Assembly (NCBI GenBank): GCA_964573635.1
Contig: CAZNKG010000009.1
Span: 20,656-84,655, forward strand
Length of the DNA: 64,000 nucleotides
Direction of reading: 5' to 3'
Origin: an uncultured Desulfatibacillum sp.
GTDB taxonomy: Bacteria > Desulfobacterota > Desulfobacteria > Desulfobacterales > SpSt-501
Shown here in pieces: positions 8,210 through 17,396 of this stretch (positions within the stretch are counted from its first letter, which is position 1; every line of letters starts with the position of its first letter). The translations under genes and the position numbers were made by a program. Below the pieces are notes generated by a model, which searched no databases, was not told the DNA's origin, and worked only from the letters and a program-made list of their open reading frames with translations.

Positions 8210-9680
8210 ACGCACCAACGCGAAGCGGAGCGGCGGGAATCGTGCCGGCGGCCGAAGCGCCTCATCGCGCGGGACGGCGGCCGGCATTCAAGCGGGCCAG
8301 GCCATGTTCGACCGAGGCTTCATACAGCGGGTGCAGGCATCCTTGCGGTGCAGAACGACGACGCCTTGGAGCGGACGGATCAATTGGCGGACGGTGTTCT
8401 TGCCGGGTTCGTTGGCGATCAAGATGGCGGGGAGCGTTTTCACGCATTCCCTGCTCAGCGCGACCAATTTCCTGGTGGGGCTTTACCTCATCCGAACCGC
8501 GGCCAAGGAGGAGTACGGCCTCTACATCATGTGTTTTTCGGTTCTGCAGATTTTCAGCAGCATACAGAACGCCCTGGTGAACACGCCCATGATGGTGCTG
8601 CTGCCGGCGAAGAAGGCGGATCAACAGACGCCATTCCTCGCGGGGCTTGCCGGCGGGCAGTATCTCAGTCTATCCCCGGTGTTAGCCCTCTGCGGCGTCG
8701 GGTTGCTCCTCACCAGCCGCTCCATACCGCTCGCCCCGGAGCAATGCAACGCCCTTCTGGCGCTTCTCTTCGCCATTCCCGCCAGCTACGCGCGTGAATT
8801 CCTCCGCGCTTTGCAGTACGTCGCTTTGAACATCCGCGCGGTCATCTATTCCGACTTGGCATTCATCGGCGGCTTGGCGGTCACGCTATTGCTATCCGGA
8901 AGCGCTGGAGGCGCCACGGCGGCGAAGGTCATCCTGGCGCTCGGGGCGGCCGGACTGGCCTCCGCCGGCTATGCTTATCGCCGCGAAGGACGAAAATTCT
9001 CTTTCCGTTTTGCGTGGATGCGGGGCGCCTTCCGGGAAACCTGGTTTTTCAGCCGATGGGCCCTGATGGGGGTTGCGGTCGCCAATGTGCAGTCCTTCGC
9101 CTACATTTTCATCATCTCGACGGTTATGGGCCTCAGCCAAACCGCCGAAATTTCCGCGGCGCGCCTGTTCTTCATGCCTTTCGGCATTCTGCTGAGCAGC
9201 AGTCAGCGTATCCTTCTCGCCAAAGGCGCGCACATGCTGAAGGAGGGGCTGCGCGATTTTTTGATCATGATTCTCCGCTTCCTGGGGATGCTGACCCTTC
9301 TCTGGGCGATCTACTTCCTCGTGGTCTGGTTTTCCTGCAAATGGGTCATCGTGAACATCTTCACCGATAAATATGCCGACATCGGCCCGGCCATATTGGG
9401 ATGGGGGATGTTCTTCGGCGTGAGTACGTGGACCTTTATTCTGAACCACGCCTTGCAAGCCCTTAAGGACTTCAAAATGCTCTCCCTTCTCGGGGCCGTC
9501 AGCGCCGCGGTCACTTTGGGCGGCTGCCTCATTCTCACGCACCTTTTCGGCCTCTGGGGAGGGCTGCTGTCCTTAATCATGGGTGAAATGGTTGCCGTCG
9601 GCGCATATGGGTGGCGCTTTACCCACCTGATGTCTCCCCGGCCGGCCGAAAGGCGTGTCAAGGAGGCTGCGCTTGGCTGA
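8187..9680 (+). CDS. Polysaccharide flippase (Wzx-like, MOP superfamily)
   Basis: Multi-pass membrane protein with 12 or more hydrophobic segments, in EPS context. The start is uncertain: ATG 8187, 8307 or 8427 are all in frame. Confidence 0.7.
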   Translation: MSTVGFTERTNAKRSGGNRAGGRSASSRGTAAGIQAGQAMFDRGFIQRVQASLRCRTTTPWSGRINWRTVFLPGSLAIKMAGSVFTHSLLSATNFLVGLYLIRTAAKEEYGLYIMCFSVLQIFSSIQNALVNTPMMVLLPAKKADQQTPFLAGLAGGQYLSLSPVLALCGVGLLLTSRSIPLAPEQCNALLALLFAIPASYAREFLRALQYVALNIRAVIYSDLAFIGGLAVTLLLSGSAGGATAAKVILALGAAGLASAGYAYRREGRKFSFRFAWMRGAFRETWFFSRWALMGVAVANVQSFAYIFIISTVMGLSQTAEISAARLFFMPFGILLSSSQRILLAKGAHMLKEGLRDFLIMILRFLGMLTLLWAIYFLVVWFSCKWVIVNIFTDKYADIGPAILGWGMFFGVSTWTFILNHALQALKDFKMLSLLGAVSAAVTLGGCLILTHLFGLWGGLLSLIMGEMVAVGAYGWRFTHLMSPRPAERRVKEAALG

Positions 9681-10608
9681 GGAAGGGACCGATAGGCCCT
9701 TGGGGCCGTATGTCTTGATGACGGCTGCCAAAAACGAGCAGCAATTCATCGGACGCGTGATGGATGCCGTCATCAACCAGGTGGTGAGGCCGCTGCGCTG
9801 GGTCATCGTCAGTGATGGATCGACGGATGGCACGGACGAGATCGTCATGCAGCGAGCGAGAAAGCACGAATTTATCGAGCTCACGCGGCGTCCGGTTGGC
9901 GAAAAACGGAATTTCGGCGCCAAAGTGCGCGCCTTGGAGTTTGCGGCCCGGCGTTTGGCGGAATTCCCGTACGAATTCATTGGGAATCTCGATGCAGATG
10001 TAACTTTTAAACCCGATTATTACGCGCGCGTATTAAACGAGTTTGGCCGTGATCGCCTCCTGGGAATCGCCGGCGGACGCCTCTGGGACTTTGACGGCCG
10101 CAGCTTCAAAGCGCAGCGGATCAGTCCCAAAAGCGTGGCCGGTCCGGTGCAGATGTTTCGCCGGCGCTGTTGGGAGGAGCTCGGAGGGTATCTGGCATTG
10201 CCGGGCGGCGGCGAAGACGCGGTGGCCGAAATTACGGCGCGCATGCGGGGTTGGAACGTCCGGCTGCTGCCTCAAATCCCGGTATGGCATCACCGGGCGA
10301 CAGGCACCGCCGGCCAATCGTGGATCCGGATTTGCTGGAAAGGCGGCCGGCTGGAGTACGCCATCGGATATCATCCTTTGTTTCATCTCGCGCGGGCAGT
10401 GCAACGGTCATTGGATTACCCGTGGGTCATTGGCAGCTTGGTCAGAAGCGCGTCTTACGGCTGGAGCTGCCTGCGGCGTTTCCCGAGACCGGTGGAGGCC
10501 GACTTCGTTCGGTTTCATCGCGCCGAGGAGATGAAAAAGCTCAAAGCCGCGGCACTGACCTTGCTTCAGCGCAAGGCTGAATTTGACGACATCGGTGATG
10601 AAAGATAG
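9655..10608 (+). CDS. Glycosyltransferase family 2
   Basis: YVLMTAAKNEQQFIGRVMDAVINQVVRPLRWVIVSDGSTDGTDEIV; NLDADV (DxD). Confidence 0.85.
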   Translation: MSRRLRLAEEGTDRPLGPYVLMTAAKNEQQFIGRVMDAVINQVVRPLRWVIVSDGSTDGTDEIVMQRARKHEFIELTRRPVGEKRNFGAKVRALEFAARRLAEFPYEFIGNLDADVTFKPDYYARVLNEFGRDRLLGIAGGRLWDFDGRSFKAQRISPKSVAGPVQMFRRRCWEELGGYLALPGGGEDAVAEITARMRGWNVRLLPQIPVWHHRATGTAGQSWIRICWKGGRLEYAIGYHPLFHLARAVQRSLDYPWVIGSLVRSASYGWSCLRRFPRPVEADFVRFHRAEEMKKLKAAALTLLQRKAEFDDIGDER

Positions 10609-10629
10609 GACCGCCGGCCGCTTCAGTCG

Positions 10630-11922
10630 ATGCACGGCGCCGGCATTGGAAACGGCCGCATCCGCGGCCGCCACGTTGTCGTGAAGTCGGGTCGGCGAAC
10701 TGTTGAGAGGATAGAGTTGCGACCACTGAAGATCGCCCAGCTCGCACCGTACTACGACCCCAGCATCGGAGGGGTGGAGACCGTGGTTCAATACGTGTCT
10801 GAAGAGCTGGTGCGGCGAGGCCATGACGTGCATGTGCTGACCTCCAACCGGGGCCATCGCGGCTTTCAGTGGGGCGCGGAAGCCCGCTCGGCCCGGATCA
10901 ACGGGGTGGCGGTTCATCGTCATTTCAGCCTGTTGAACATCGGCCACATGAGCCTCCGGCCGGGATGCTTCGGCGCGTTGTGGAAAGGCGGATTCGACGT
11001 CATCCACAGTCATGTCTACCGGCATCCGCACAATGAAATGGCCTCGCAGGTCAGCCGGTTCAAATACACGCCGCTGGTGCTGCATGGACACGGCCCCTTC
11101 TTCGCCAACGTCGCCTCGCATCCGATCAAGAAGCGGCTTTACGCGACCTACGATTTTTATGCGCGGCGTTTTTTCTTCAAGACGGTCGGCTTCGTCATCG
11201 CGCTGACTGAATTCGAAAGGCAGAAGTACCTGCGGCTGGGGGTGGTCCCGGAGCGCATTGCCGTTATCGGCAATGCCGCCGGCGATGAGTGCTTCGAGGC
11301 GAACTCCGACGGGGGGGGGTTCATAGCCAAATATAAGCTCCAAGGCCGACGCATTCTTCTCTTCGTTGGAAATCTGAACGCGGCCAAAAGACCCGACCTT
11401 TTAATCAAGGCCCTCCCGTCGCTGCGCAACCGGATTCCCAACGTGCAAGTTGTCATGATCGGCGCCGATGAAGGCATGGGCCATCTGTTGGAGGTCTTGG
11501 CGGCTCGACTCGGCGTCGGCCGATCCTTTCTTTGGGCCGGGCCCCAGCGGGGAAACGATAAAATCCAGGCCCTGCGCGCCGCCGAACTTCTGGTGATGCC
11601 CTCGGATTCCGATGTTTTTCCGTTGGCGGTCGTGGAGGCGATGGCCACCGGCCTCCCCGTGGTTTGCAGCGATGCTCTGGCGCAGTCCGGGATCATCGAA
11701 CCCGGCGCCACCGGCCTCATTTTCCGCAGAGGCGATGCGTCGGACCTGGTGAACAAGACGCTGAGCCTGATGGAAGCGCCCCAACAGCGGCAGCGAATGG
11801 GGCGGAACGCCCGGGCCTCCGCCTTGAGACGCTTTCGCGTGTCCGTGGCGGTGGATCGCATCGAAGAAATCTATTACCGCATGATAGAGGAGCATCCATG
11901 CCGAAGACCGAGCGCCGTGTGA
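10630..11922 (+). CDS. Glycosyltransferase family 4 (GT-B)
   Basis: LKIAQLAPYYDPSIGGVETVVQYVSEELVRRGHDVHVLT. C-terminal E-x7-E-like region VMPSDSDVFPLAVVEAMATGLPVV. The true start may be downstream of 10630. Confidence 0.85.
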   Translation: MHGAGIGNGRIRGRHVVVKSGRRTVERIELRPLKIAQLAPYYDPSIGGVETVVQYVSEELVRRGHDVHVLTSNRGHRGFQWGAEARSARINGVAVHRHFSLLNIGHMSLRPGCFGALWKGGFDVIHSHVYRHPHNEMASQVSRFKYTPLVLHGHGPFFANVASHPIKKRLYATYDFYARRFFFKTVGFVIALTEFERQKYLRLGVVPERIAVIGNAAGDECFEANSDGGGFIAKYKLQGRRILLFVGNLNAAKRPDLLIKALPSLRNRIPNVQVVMIGADEGMGHLLEVLAARLGVGRSFLWAGPQRGNDKIQALRAAELLVMPSDSDVFPLAVVEAMATGLPVVCSDALAQSGIIEPGATGLIFRRGDASDLVNKTLSLMEAPQQRQRMGRNARASALRRFRVSVAVDRIEEIYYRMIEEHPCRRPSAV

Positions 11923-13193
11923 GGATCTGCATCCTGCGCCACGGCGGCTATCCGTACTGCTCGCGGGTTGCCAAAGAGGTCAAGACGCTTCTGGATGCGG
12001 GGGCGCAGGTCGACCTCATCTGCCTGAGCGATGGGACGCAGCCCTTCTTCGAACAGCAAGAGCGGCTCACCATCTACCGCCTTCCCCTGCAGCGCCACCG
12101 CGGGGGCCTCCTCCGCTATGCGGTGGAGTACGGCGTTTCGTTTGCCCTGATGGGCGGTTTGCTGAGCGCGCTTTTCCTGCGTCGCCGTCATGCCCGGGTT
12201 CAGGTGAATACCCTGCCCGATTTTCTGGTTTTTACCACCGTCCTTCCCAAGCTGGCGGGGGCCGAGGTGGCGATCGATATGCACGAACCGACGCCGGAGC
12301 TCTGGCGGACGAAGTTCAGCCGCCGGCGGCTTCACACCGTCGAGAAACTTCTGGTCTGGATCGAGCAGCTGGCGATCCGTTATGCCGACCAGGTGTTGAC
12401 GGTGACAGAGCCCCTGCGGCGGCGCTTTGGCGAACGCGGGGCCGACACGCGGAAGATCGTGGTCATCCCCAACTCCTGTGACGAGAGCAAATTTTTTCCG
12501 GATCCCGGATCGGAGGCCGTCCGGCGGCAGCCAGGCCGGTTTGTCGCGGTGACGCATGGGACCATCGAAGAGCGTTACGGACACGAGCTGATGGTCCGCG
12601 CCATTCATCTTCTGAAAGATCGACTGCCGCAACTGCAGCTCGTCATCGGCGGAGGGGGCTCATTCAGACCCACACTGGAAAAGCTCGTGCGCCGGCTGAA
12701 CTGCGAAGACCGGATCGCTTTCATCGGCTATCTGCCGCTCGACGAGTTGAGAAAACTGCTGGGCGCTTCCCACGTCGGGATCAACGCGATGTACCGCAGC
12801 CCGTACTCGGAGCTGATCGACACGAATAAGATGTATGAATACATCGCTATGCGGCTTCCGGTCGTGACCTCCCGGCTCCCGCCGATCGAGGCCAACTTCG
12901 ACGATGAAAGCCTCATGTATTTCGAAGCGGGCAATGCGGACGATTTGGCGCGCTGTCTTCTGACGCTGCATGACCAGCCGCAGCGGCGCGAAGCAATGGT
13001 CCAAAGCGCCATGCGGCAGTACGCCGCGCTGCGTTGGAGTACCACCCGCGCGCGCTACGCTGCACAGCTTCTCCGCCCTGCCGCTAAGAATCAAAGATCC
13101 CAGGCGCTGGCCTCAGAAGCCGCCCCACTGGAGGCGGAGCCGCTGGATGGCTCCGCGGGCTGGCTTTGCCCCAACCGACGAGGCGCTCCATGA
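11898..13193 (+). CDS. Glycosyltransferase family 4 (GT-B)
   Basis: ATG 11898 gives MPKTERRVRICILRHGGYPY... C-terminal MYRSPYSELIDTNKMYEYIAMRLPVV. The upstream part of ORF 11664 overlaps the previous gene out of context. Confidence 0.8.
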   Translation: MPKTERRVRICILRHGGYPYCSRVAKEVKTLLDAGAQVDLICLSDGTQPFFEQQERLTIYRLPLQRHRGGLLRYAVEYGVSFALMGGLLSALFLRRRHARVQVNTLPDFLVFTTVLPKLAGAEVAIDMHEPTPELWRTKFSRRRLHTVEKLLVWIEQLAIRYADQVLTVTEPLRRRFGERGADTRKIVVIPNSCDESKFFPDPGSEAVRRQPGRFVAVTHGTIEERYGHELMVRAIHLLKDRLPQLQLVIGGGGSFRPTLEKLVRRLNCEDRIAFIGYLPLDELRKLLGASHVGINAMYRSPYSELIDTNKMYEYIAMRLPVVTSRLPPIEANFDDESLMYFEAGNADDLARCLLTLHDQPQRREAMVQSAMRQYAALRWSTTRARYAAQLLRPAAKNQRSQALASEAAPLEAEPLDGSAGWLCPNRRGAP

Positions 13194-14248
13194 GCGGCCG
13201 GAGAATCCGCAAGCGCACCCGTTGGATCGCGGCTAGCGCCCTGGTTGTCGCGGCGATCCTGCTCGTGGGCGTCCTGAAGGTGCGGAACCTGCCGTATGTC
13301 GGGGTGATCCAAACGTTATGGTCGATCGGTCTCTACGCGGTGCGCTTGAACGGCGAGCCAAGACGCGCGGATTTTTCGCCTCTGGAAGGCAACCCGATTA
13401 TCACGGCCGCCTTTCTGGGAATTGAGGATGCGCATTATGTGGCGGATCCGTTTTTGGTGCATGCATCCGGAAAGAATTACCTTTTTTTCGAGATTCTGAG
13501 CAGCGCTGGCGGGGCCATCGGCCTGGCATCCAGCACCGACGGGCGGCGGTGGCATTACCACGGCGTCGTCCTCGCCGAGCCGTTTCATCTGTCCTACCCT
13601 CATGTCTTCAAGTGGCAGGATAAATTCTACATGGTGCCCGAATCCGAGGAGTCCGGATCGGTGCGCCTCTATGAGGCCGTAGAGTTCCCGCTATCCTGGC
13701 GCTTCGACCGGGTGCTGCACACGGGACCCGCGCTGGCGGACCCGACGGTCTTCTCGCATGACGGCCGGTGGTGGATGTTTGCGGCCGTCGGGATAAGGGA
13801 TCTCCATCTTTTCCATGCCGCCGCGCTGCAGGGGCCATGGCGCCCACATCCGGCGAACCCCATCCTGAAAAACGCTCCGGAAGCGGCGCGGCCGGGAGGG
13901 GCGGTCGTGCGATCCGGCGGCAAGCTCTACCGCATCGCCCAGAATTGCAAACCCGCCTATGGGACGGCCGTCCGGGCGTTCGAAATTACGACCCTTACCG
14001 AAACGGCCTATGCCGAACGCGAAGTTGCCGACAGCCCGCTGCTTTCCGGCACTGGCTCCGGTTGGAACGCCGACGGCATGCACCACTTGTCCATCCAGCA
14101 GATCGAGCCGGATTCCTGGCTCGCCGTCGCCGACGGCCGCCGATCGCAGCCCGATTACATCTATTTGGGGGCGGCGCGAATCCATGTGCCGAAGGCTGTC
14201 GTCACGGCTTACAAATGGCTGCGAAGCCATCTTGATTCGGAAGAGTGA
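13190..14248 (+). CDS. Membrane-anchored GH43-like beta-propeller protein (GINT1 N-terminal-like fold), function unknown
   Basis: N-terminal anchor WIAASALVVAAILLVGV. ADPFLVHASGKNYLFFEILS...STDGRRWHYHGVVLAEPFHLSYPHVFKWQDKFYMVPE resembles the five-bladed propeller family seen in glycan loci. Confidence 0.6.
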   Translation: MSGRRIRKRTRWIAASALVVAAILLVGVLKVRNLPYVGVIQTLWSIGLYAVRLNGEPRRADFSPLEGNPIITAAFLGIEDAHYVADPFLVHASGKNYLFFEILSSAGGAIGLASSTDGRRWHYHGVVLAEPFHLSYPHVFKWQDKFYMVPESEESGSVRLYEAVEFPLSWRFDRVLHTGPALADPTVFSHDGRWWMFAAVGIRDLHLFHAAALQGPWRPHPANPILKNAPEAARPGGAVVRSGGKLYRIAQNCKPAYGTAVRAFEITTLTETAYAEREVADSPLLSGTGSGWNADGMHHLSIQQIEPDSWLAVADGRRSQPDYIYLGAARIHVPKAVVTAYKWLRSHLDSEE

Positions 14249-14256
14249 GAACCCGC

Positions 14257-15393
14257 ATGGACATGAGATGGCGGATCGTCGTTGGGGTTTGCGGCTTGGT
14301 GGCGGCCGCCACGGCGCTGGCGGGGGCCGGGGAAAATGGGATCGTCGGCGAAGGCGATCGCTACCCGTTCGGGATCATGCCCAGCGGCCGCAAGGCCGCC
14401 GATGCGCGCGCCGTCTATCGACAGTGGGTCGAACGGTACGTGATCGCCGAGCGGACCCCGAGGGTCAAGCGCGTCATCGATCCCAAAAACAACAACGCCA
14501 GCTATTCGGAAGGCATCGGTTACGGCATGCTGTTGGCGGGCTACATGCGCGACCGCGATCTCTTCGACGGGCTCTGGGGATTCTATCAATCGCACCTCAA
14601 CGAAAACGGCCTGATGTATTATCAGATCGATTCGTCCGGTCGGCCCACGAGCCGAGCCTCGGCGACCGACGGCGACCTCGATGTCGCCTTTGCCTTGTTG
14701 GTGGCTCACGGCCAATGGGGAGCGGCCGAATCAAGCTATCGGGATGAGGCCCAGGCGCTGATTCGCAAAATCCGCCAACATGCGGTGGAGGATTCGACCC
14801 ACATCCTGAAACCGGGCGACGGCCCGGGTTGGGCGGACGTGGTCAACCCCTCCTATTTTGCTCCGGCTTACTTCAGGGTCTTCCAGACCGTGGTCCCTGA
14901 GGCCGAATGGGGCCGGATCGGTGCAAGGTCCTATGAGATCTTGAAAAAAAGCCGGCATCCCGAAACGGGGCTCGTACCGGATTGGTGCACCCCGGACGGA
15001 CGGCCGGCCCCTGGCCGGTCGTATGCCTACTCCTGGGATGCGACTCGGGTTCCGTGGCGGGTGGCCCTCGACCATCTATGGTTCGGTTCGCCGGAGGCCT
15101 CAGAGGTCTGTGCCCCATTGACTCGTTTTGCCGAAAAGATCGGGACGAAAAAAATAGTCAGCGGTTACTACCTCAATGGAAAACCCGGCGACCGCTGGCA
15201 TGCCAGCGCTTTCGTGGGGCCCTTTGGGGTGGGTTCCATGGCGGCGGGGAGCCGTTTTCAGCAGTTTTGCGACGAAGCTTACTTGGACAATTTGGCCACC
15301 GCAGGCGACAACTATTACAACCTGAGCCTCAAGGTGCTCACTCTTTTCACTCAGGCGGGGCTGTTTTTCAACCCCTTGATTCCAAGACCGTGA
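14257..15393 (+). CDS. Glycoside hydrolase family 8 (secreted endoglucanase/chitosanase-like)
   Basis: Signal peptide MDMRWRIVVGVCGLVAAATALAGA. GH8 signature ATDGDLDVAFALLVAHGQW. SEGIGYGML. PSYFAPAYF. Confidence 0.85.
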   Translation: MDMRWRIVVGVCGLVAAATALAGAGENGIVGEGDRYPFGIMPSGRKAADARAVYRQWVERYVIAERTPRVKRVIDPKNNNASYSEGIGYGMLLAGYMRDRDLFDGLWGFYQSHLNENGLMYYQIDSSGRPTSRASATDGDLDVAFALLVAHGQWGAAESSYRDEAQALIRKIRQHAVEDSTHILKPGDGPGWADVVNPSYFAPAYFRVFQTVVPEAEWGRIGARSYEILKKSRHPETGLVPDWCTPDGRPAPGRSYAYSWDATRVPWRVALDHLWFGSPEASEVCAPLTRFAEKIGTKKIVSGYYLNGKPGDRWHASAFVGPFGVGSMAAGSRFQQFCDEAYLDNLATAGDNYYNLSLKVLTLFTQAGLFFNPLIPRP

Positions 15394-15442
15394 ACGGCGG
15401 CTGCCGGACGGCTGGGGTCATGCAGATCGGTTGGTGGTGCCC

Positions 15443-16270
15443 ATGAGCGTGGCGATGGAAATCGGGCGTCGCCTGCCCCTCGGCAGAGAGCTGCCTGCCG
15501 CTGCGCTGGTTGAGGCGGAGGGCGATCTGCATGTCTGGCGGATCGGGCTGCAGGCCGACAGGGCGGCGATGCGACATCTCAGCGCGATTCTGGCTCCCGA
15601 GGAAAAGGCGCGGGCCTCCGGCTACCGTTTCGAATCGGATGCCCGGCGATTCATCGTCGGCCGGGCCTCGCTGCGTCGGATTCTGGGGCATTACCTGCTG
15701 CGGAATCCGGCTCAAATCGAGTTGGTCCGGGGCCCATGGGGCAAGCCCGAGCTGGCCGGATCGGGGAAGGCGCGTCGGGTGAAATTCAACGCCTCCGGAT
15801 CCGACGACACCGGGCTCGTGGCTGTGGCCATCGATCGGGAGGTCGGGGTGGATATCGAGTCGCTGCGAACCATGCCGGAGCTGGAATCGATCGCGGAGCG
15901 CTTTTTTACGGCGTCGGAGAAAGCTGCTTTTCGTGCGCGGAGCGCGGAAGGCCGCCGGGATTTTTTTTTCCGCTGCTGGACACGCAAAGAGGCCTTGGCC
16001 AAGGCCGTCGGTCGGGGCCTCACGCTGCCGTTGGAGCGGATCGAAACGCAGGCCGGGATCGTTGGGGCCACGCCGTCCGTCCGGATCGCGGGGGTGCCGA
16101 GGGCTCGCTGGCGGGTTCGAGACCTTGCGCCGGGAGCCGGATTCGCGGCGGCCCTGGCGGTGGGGGATGCCCGGAGCCTCGGGCGCCCGCGGAGAAGGCC
16201 AATGGCCGGCGCGGATGCGGACGGCGATGCTTTCGATTGGGAGTCGATCGATGGATTTCTCATGGAGTGA
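15443..16270 (+). CDS. Sfp-type 4'-phosphopantetheinyl transferase
   Basis: WGKPEL, FNASGSDD, VGVDIE and FFRCWTRKEALAKAVGRGL motifs. Start is ATG 15443 (TTG 15431 is also possible). Confidence 0.85.
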   Translation: MSVAMEIGRRLPLGRELPAAALVEAEGDLHVWRIGLQADRAAMRHLSAILAPEEKARASGYRFESDARRFIVGRASLRRILGHYLLRNPAQIELVRGPWGKPELAGSGKARRVKFNASGSDDTGLVAVAIDREVGVDIESLRTMPELESIAERFFTASEKAAFRARSAEGRRDFFFRCWTRKEALAKAVGRGLTLPLERIETQAGIVGATPSVRIAGVPRARWRVRDLAPGAGFAAALAVGDARSLGRPRRRPMAGADADGDAFDWESIDGFLME

Positions 16271-17396
16271 AACTCAGGCCGAGTTGTATGCTTCGGTGCT
16301 CAAGTTCGCCCGGGGCGTCTTGAACGTCGAACGCCGGCCGCGCGAATCCGGTCAGGGGTTCGACCGGGATCTTTGGAGGCGGCTCGGGCAGCAGGGGCTA
16401 TTGGGCATGTGCGCCCCGACCGCCTATGGCGGCAGCGGCTTCGGAGCGTTGACCACCGCGCGCATCATGGAAGCGCTCGGCCGTGGATGTGAGGACCGGG
16501 GCCTGATCTTTTCCGCCGCAGCGCACCTTTTCGCTTGCGTGATGCCCTTGGCGGAATTCGGGTCCGAGGAGATCAAAGCCAAATGGCTTCCCAAGTTATG
16601 CTCCGGAGAGTGGGTGGGCGCCAACGCCATCACCGAATGCGAGGCCGGCTCGGATGTCTTCGCGCTGCGCACGCGCGCCGAGCGAACCGACGGCGGCTAT
16701 CGGCTCACGGGGACCAAGGAGTACGCAACCAATGGGCCGGTTTGCGATGTGGCCTTGACCTACGCCACCGTCAACCCGGGGTTCGGTTATTTGGGGGTCA
16801 CGGCCTTTGTCGTGAAAACGGGGACGCCGAATATGAGCCGGGGGCAGCCGATCCCGAAGATGGGACTCATGGGATCGCCGACCGGCTCCCTCTACTTCGA
16901 CGGCTGCCCGGTTCCTCTCGAAAACCGCCTGGGGGCCGAAGGCCAGGGTGGGATGGTATTCAAACGGTCGATGCTATGGGAGCGGGCGTGCCTGTTCGGC
17001 ATGTATATCGGCATGATGGAACACCAGCTGGAACGGGCCGTCGTTTATGCCCGCCAGCGGCGCCAGTTTGGCAAGCCGATCGGGAAAAACCAAGGGGTTT
17101 CCCATCGCCTGGCGGACATGAAGCACCGCTTGGATGCCGCGCGGCTGATGCTCTACCGGGCGTGCTGGTGCATCGACCAGGGCGCCGAGGCCACGATGGA
17201 GGTCGCGTTGGCCAAGCTCGCCGTCAGTGAGGCCGCCGTCCGCTCCAGCCTGGATTGCATTCAGATCCATGGCGGCATCGGCTACGCGAGCGAAAGCGGC
17301 ATCGAGCAGATGCTGCGTGATGCGGTGCCGAGCACCATTTTTTCGGGGACATCGGAAATCCAGCGGGATCTCATCGCCAAGGAGTTGGGCTTATGA
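16251..17396 (+). CDS. Acyl-CoA dehydrogenase family protein (probable acyl/aminoacyl-S-carrier-protein dehydrogenase)
   Basis: MDFSWSETQAELY..., ITECEAGSDV, YATNGP, and C-terminal IHGGIGYASESGIEQMLRDA...IFSGTSEIQRDLIAKELGL. Overlaps the PPTase stop. Confidence 0.85.
   Translation: MDFSWSETQAELYASVLKFARGVLNVERRPRESGQGFDRDLWRRLGQQGLLGMCAPTAYGGSGFGALTTARIMEALGRGCEDRGLIFSAAAHLFACVMPLAEFGSEEIKAKWLPKLCSGEWVGANAITECEAGSDVFALRTRAERTDGGYRLTGTKEYATNGPVCDVALTYATVNPGFGYLGVTAFVVKTGTPNMSRGQPIPKMGLMGSPTGSLYFDGCPVPLENRLGAEGQGGMVFKRSMLWERACLFGMYIGMMEHQLERAVVYARQRRQFGKPIGKNQGVSHRLADMKHRLDAARLMLYRACWCIDQGAEATMEVALAKLAVSEAAVRSSLDCIQIHGGIGYASESGIEQMLRDAVPSTIFSGTSEIQRDLIAKELGL

Noticed and set aside
11311-11319. 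G9 run in the first GT4 gene, a G9 run at 36072-36080 in the nitroreductase-fold gene, and C8 runs in the PKS/NRPS genes, considered as phase-variation tracts.
   Set aside because: G/C runs of this length are expected by chance several times in 64 kb of roughly 65-70% GC DNA. They encode ordinary Gly/Pro stretches. Nothing is significant without population data. The T9 run in the PPTase gene differs and was kept as a finding.
1-15393. The EPS genes as a PEP-CTERM/exosortase (EpsH/XrtA) system. The split PCP plus kinase-like pair, small priming transferase, Wzy_C ligase-like protein and CE4 protein resemble that context.
   Set aside because: No exosortase-like multi-pass protein and no PEP-CTERM substrate gene are visible in the window. 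The idea cannot be supported from this sequence alone.
15933-16250. N-terminal extensions of ORFs 15933..17396 (ACAD), 11664..13193 (GT4), 18804..19169 (carrier protein) and 43830..45869 (pyrG).
   Set aside because: In each case the extension overlaps the preceding well-supported gene in another frame, and a canonical N-terminus with an ATG lies further in (16251, 11898, 18912 and 44220).
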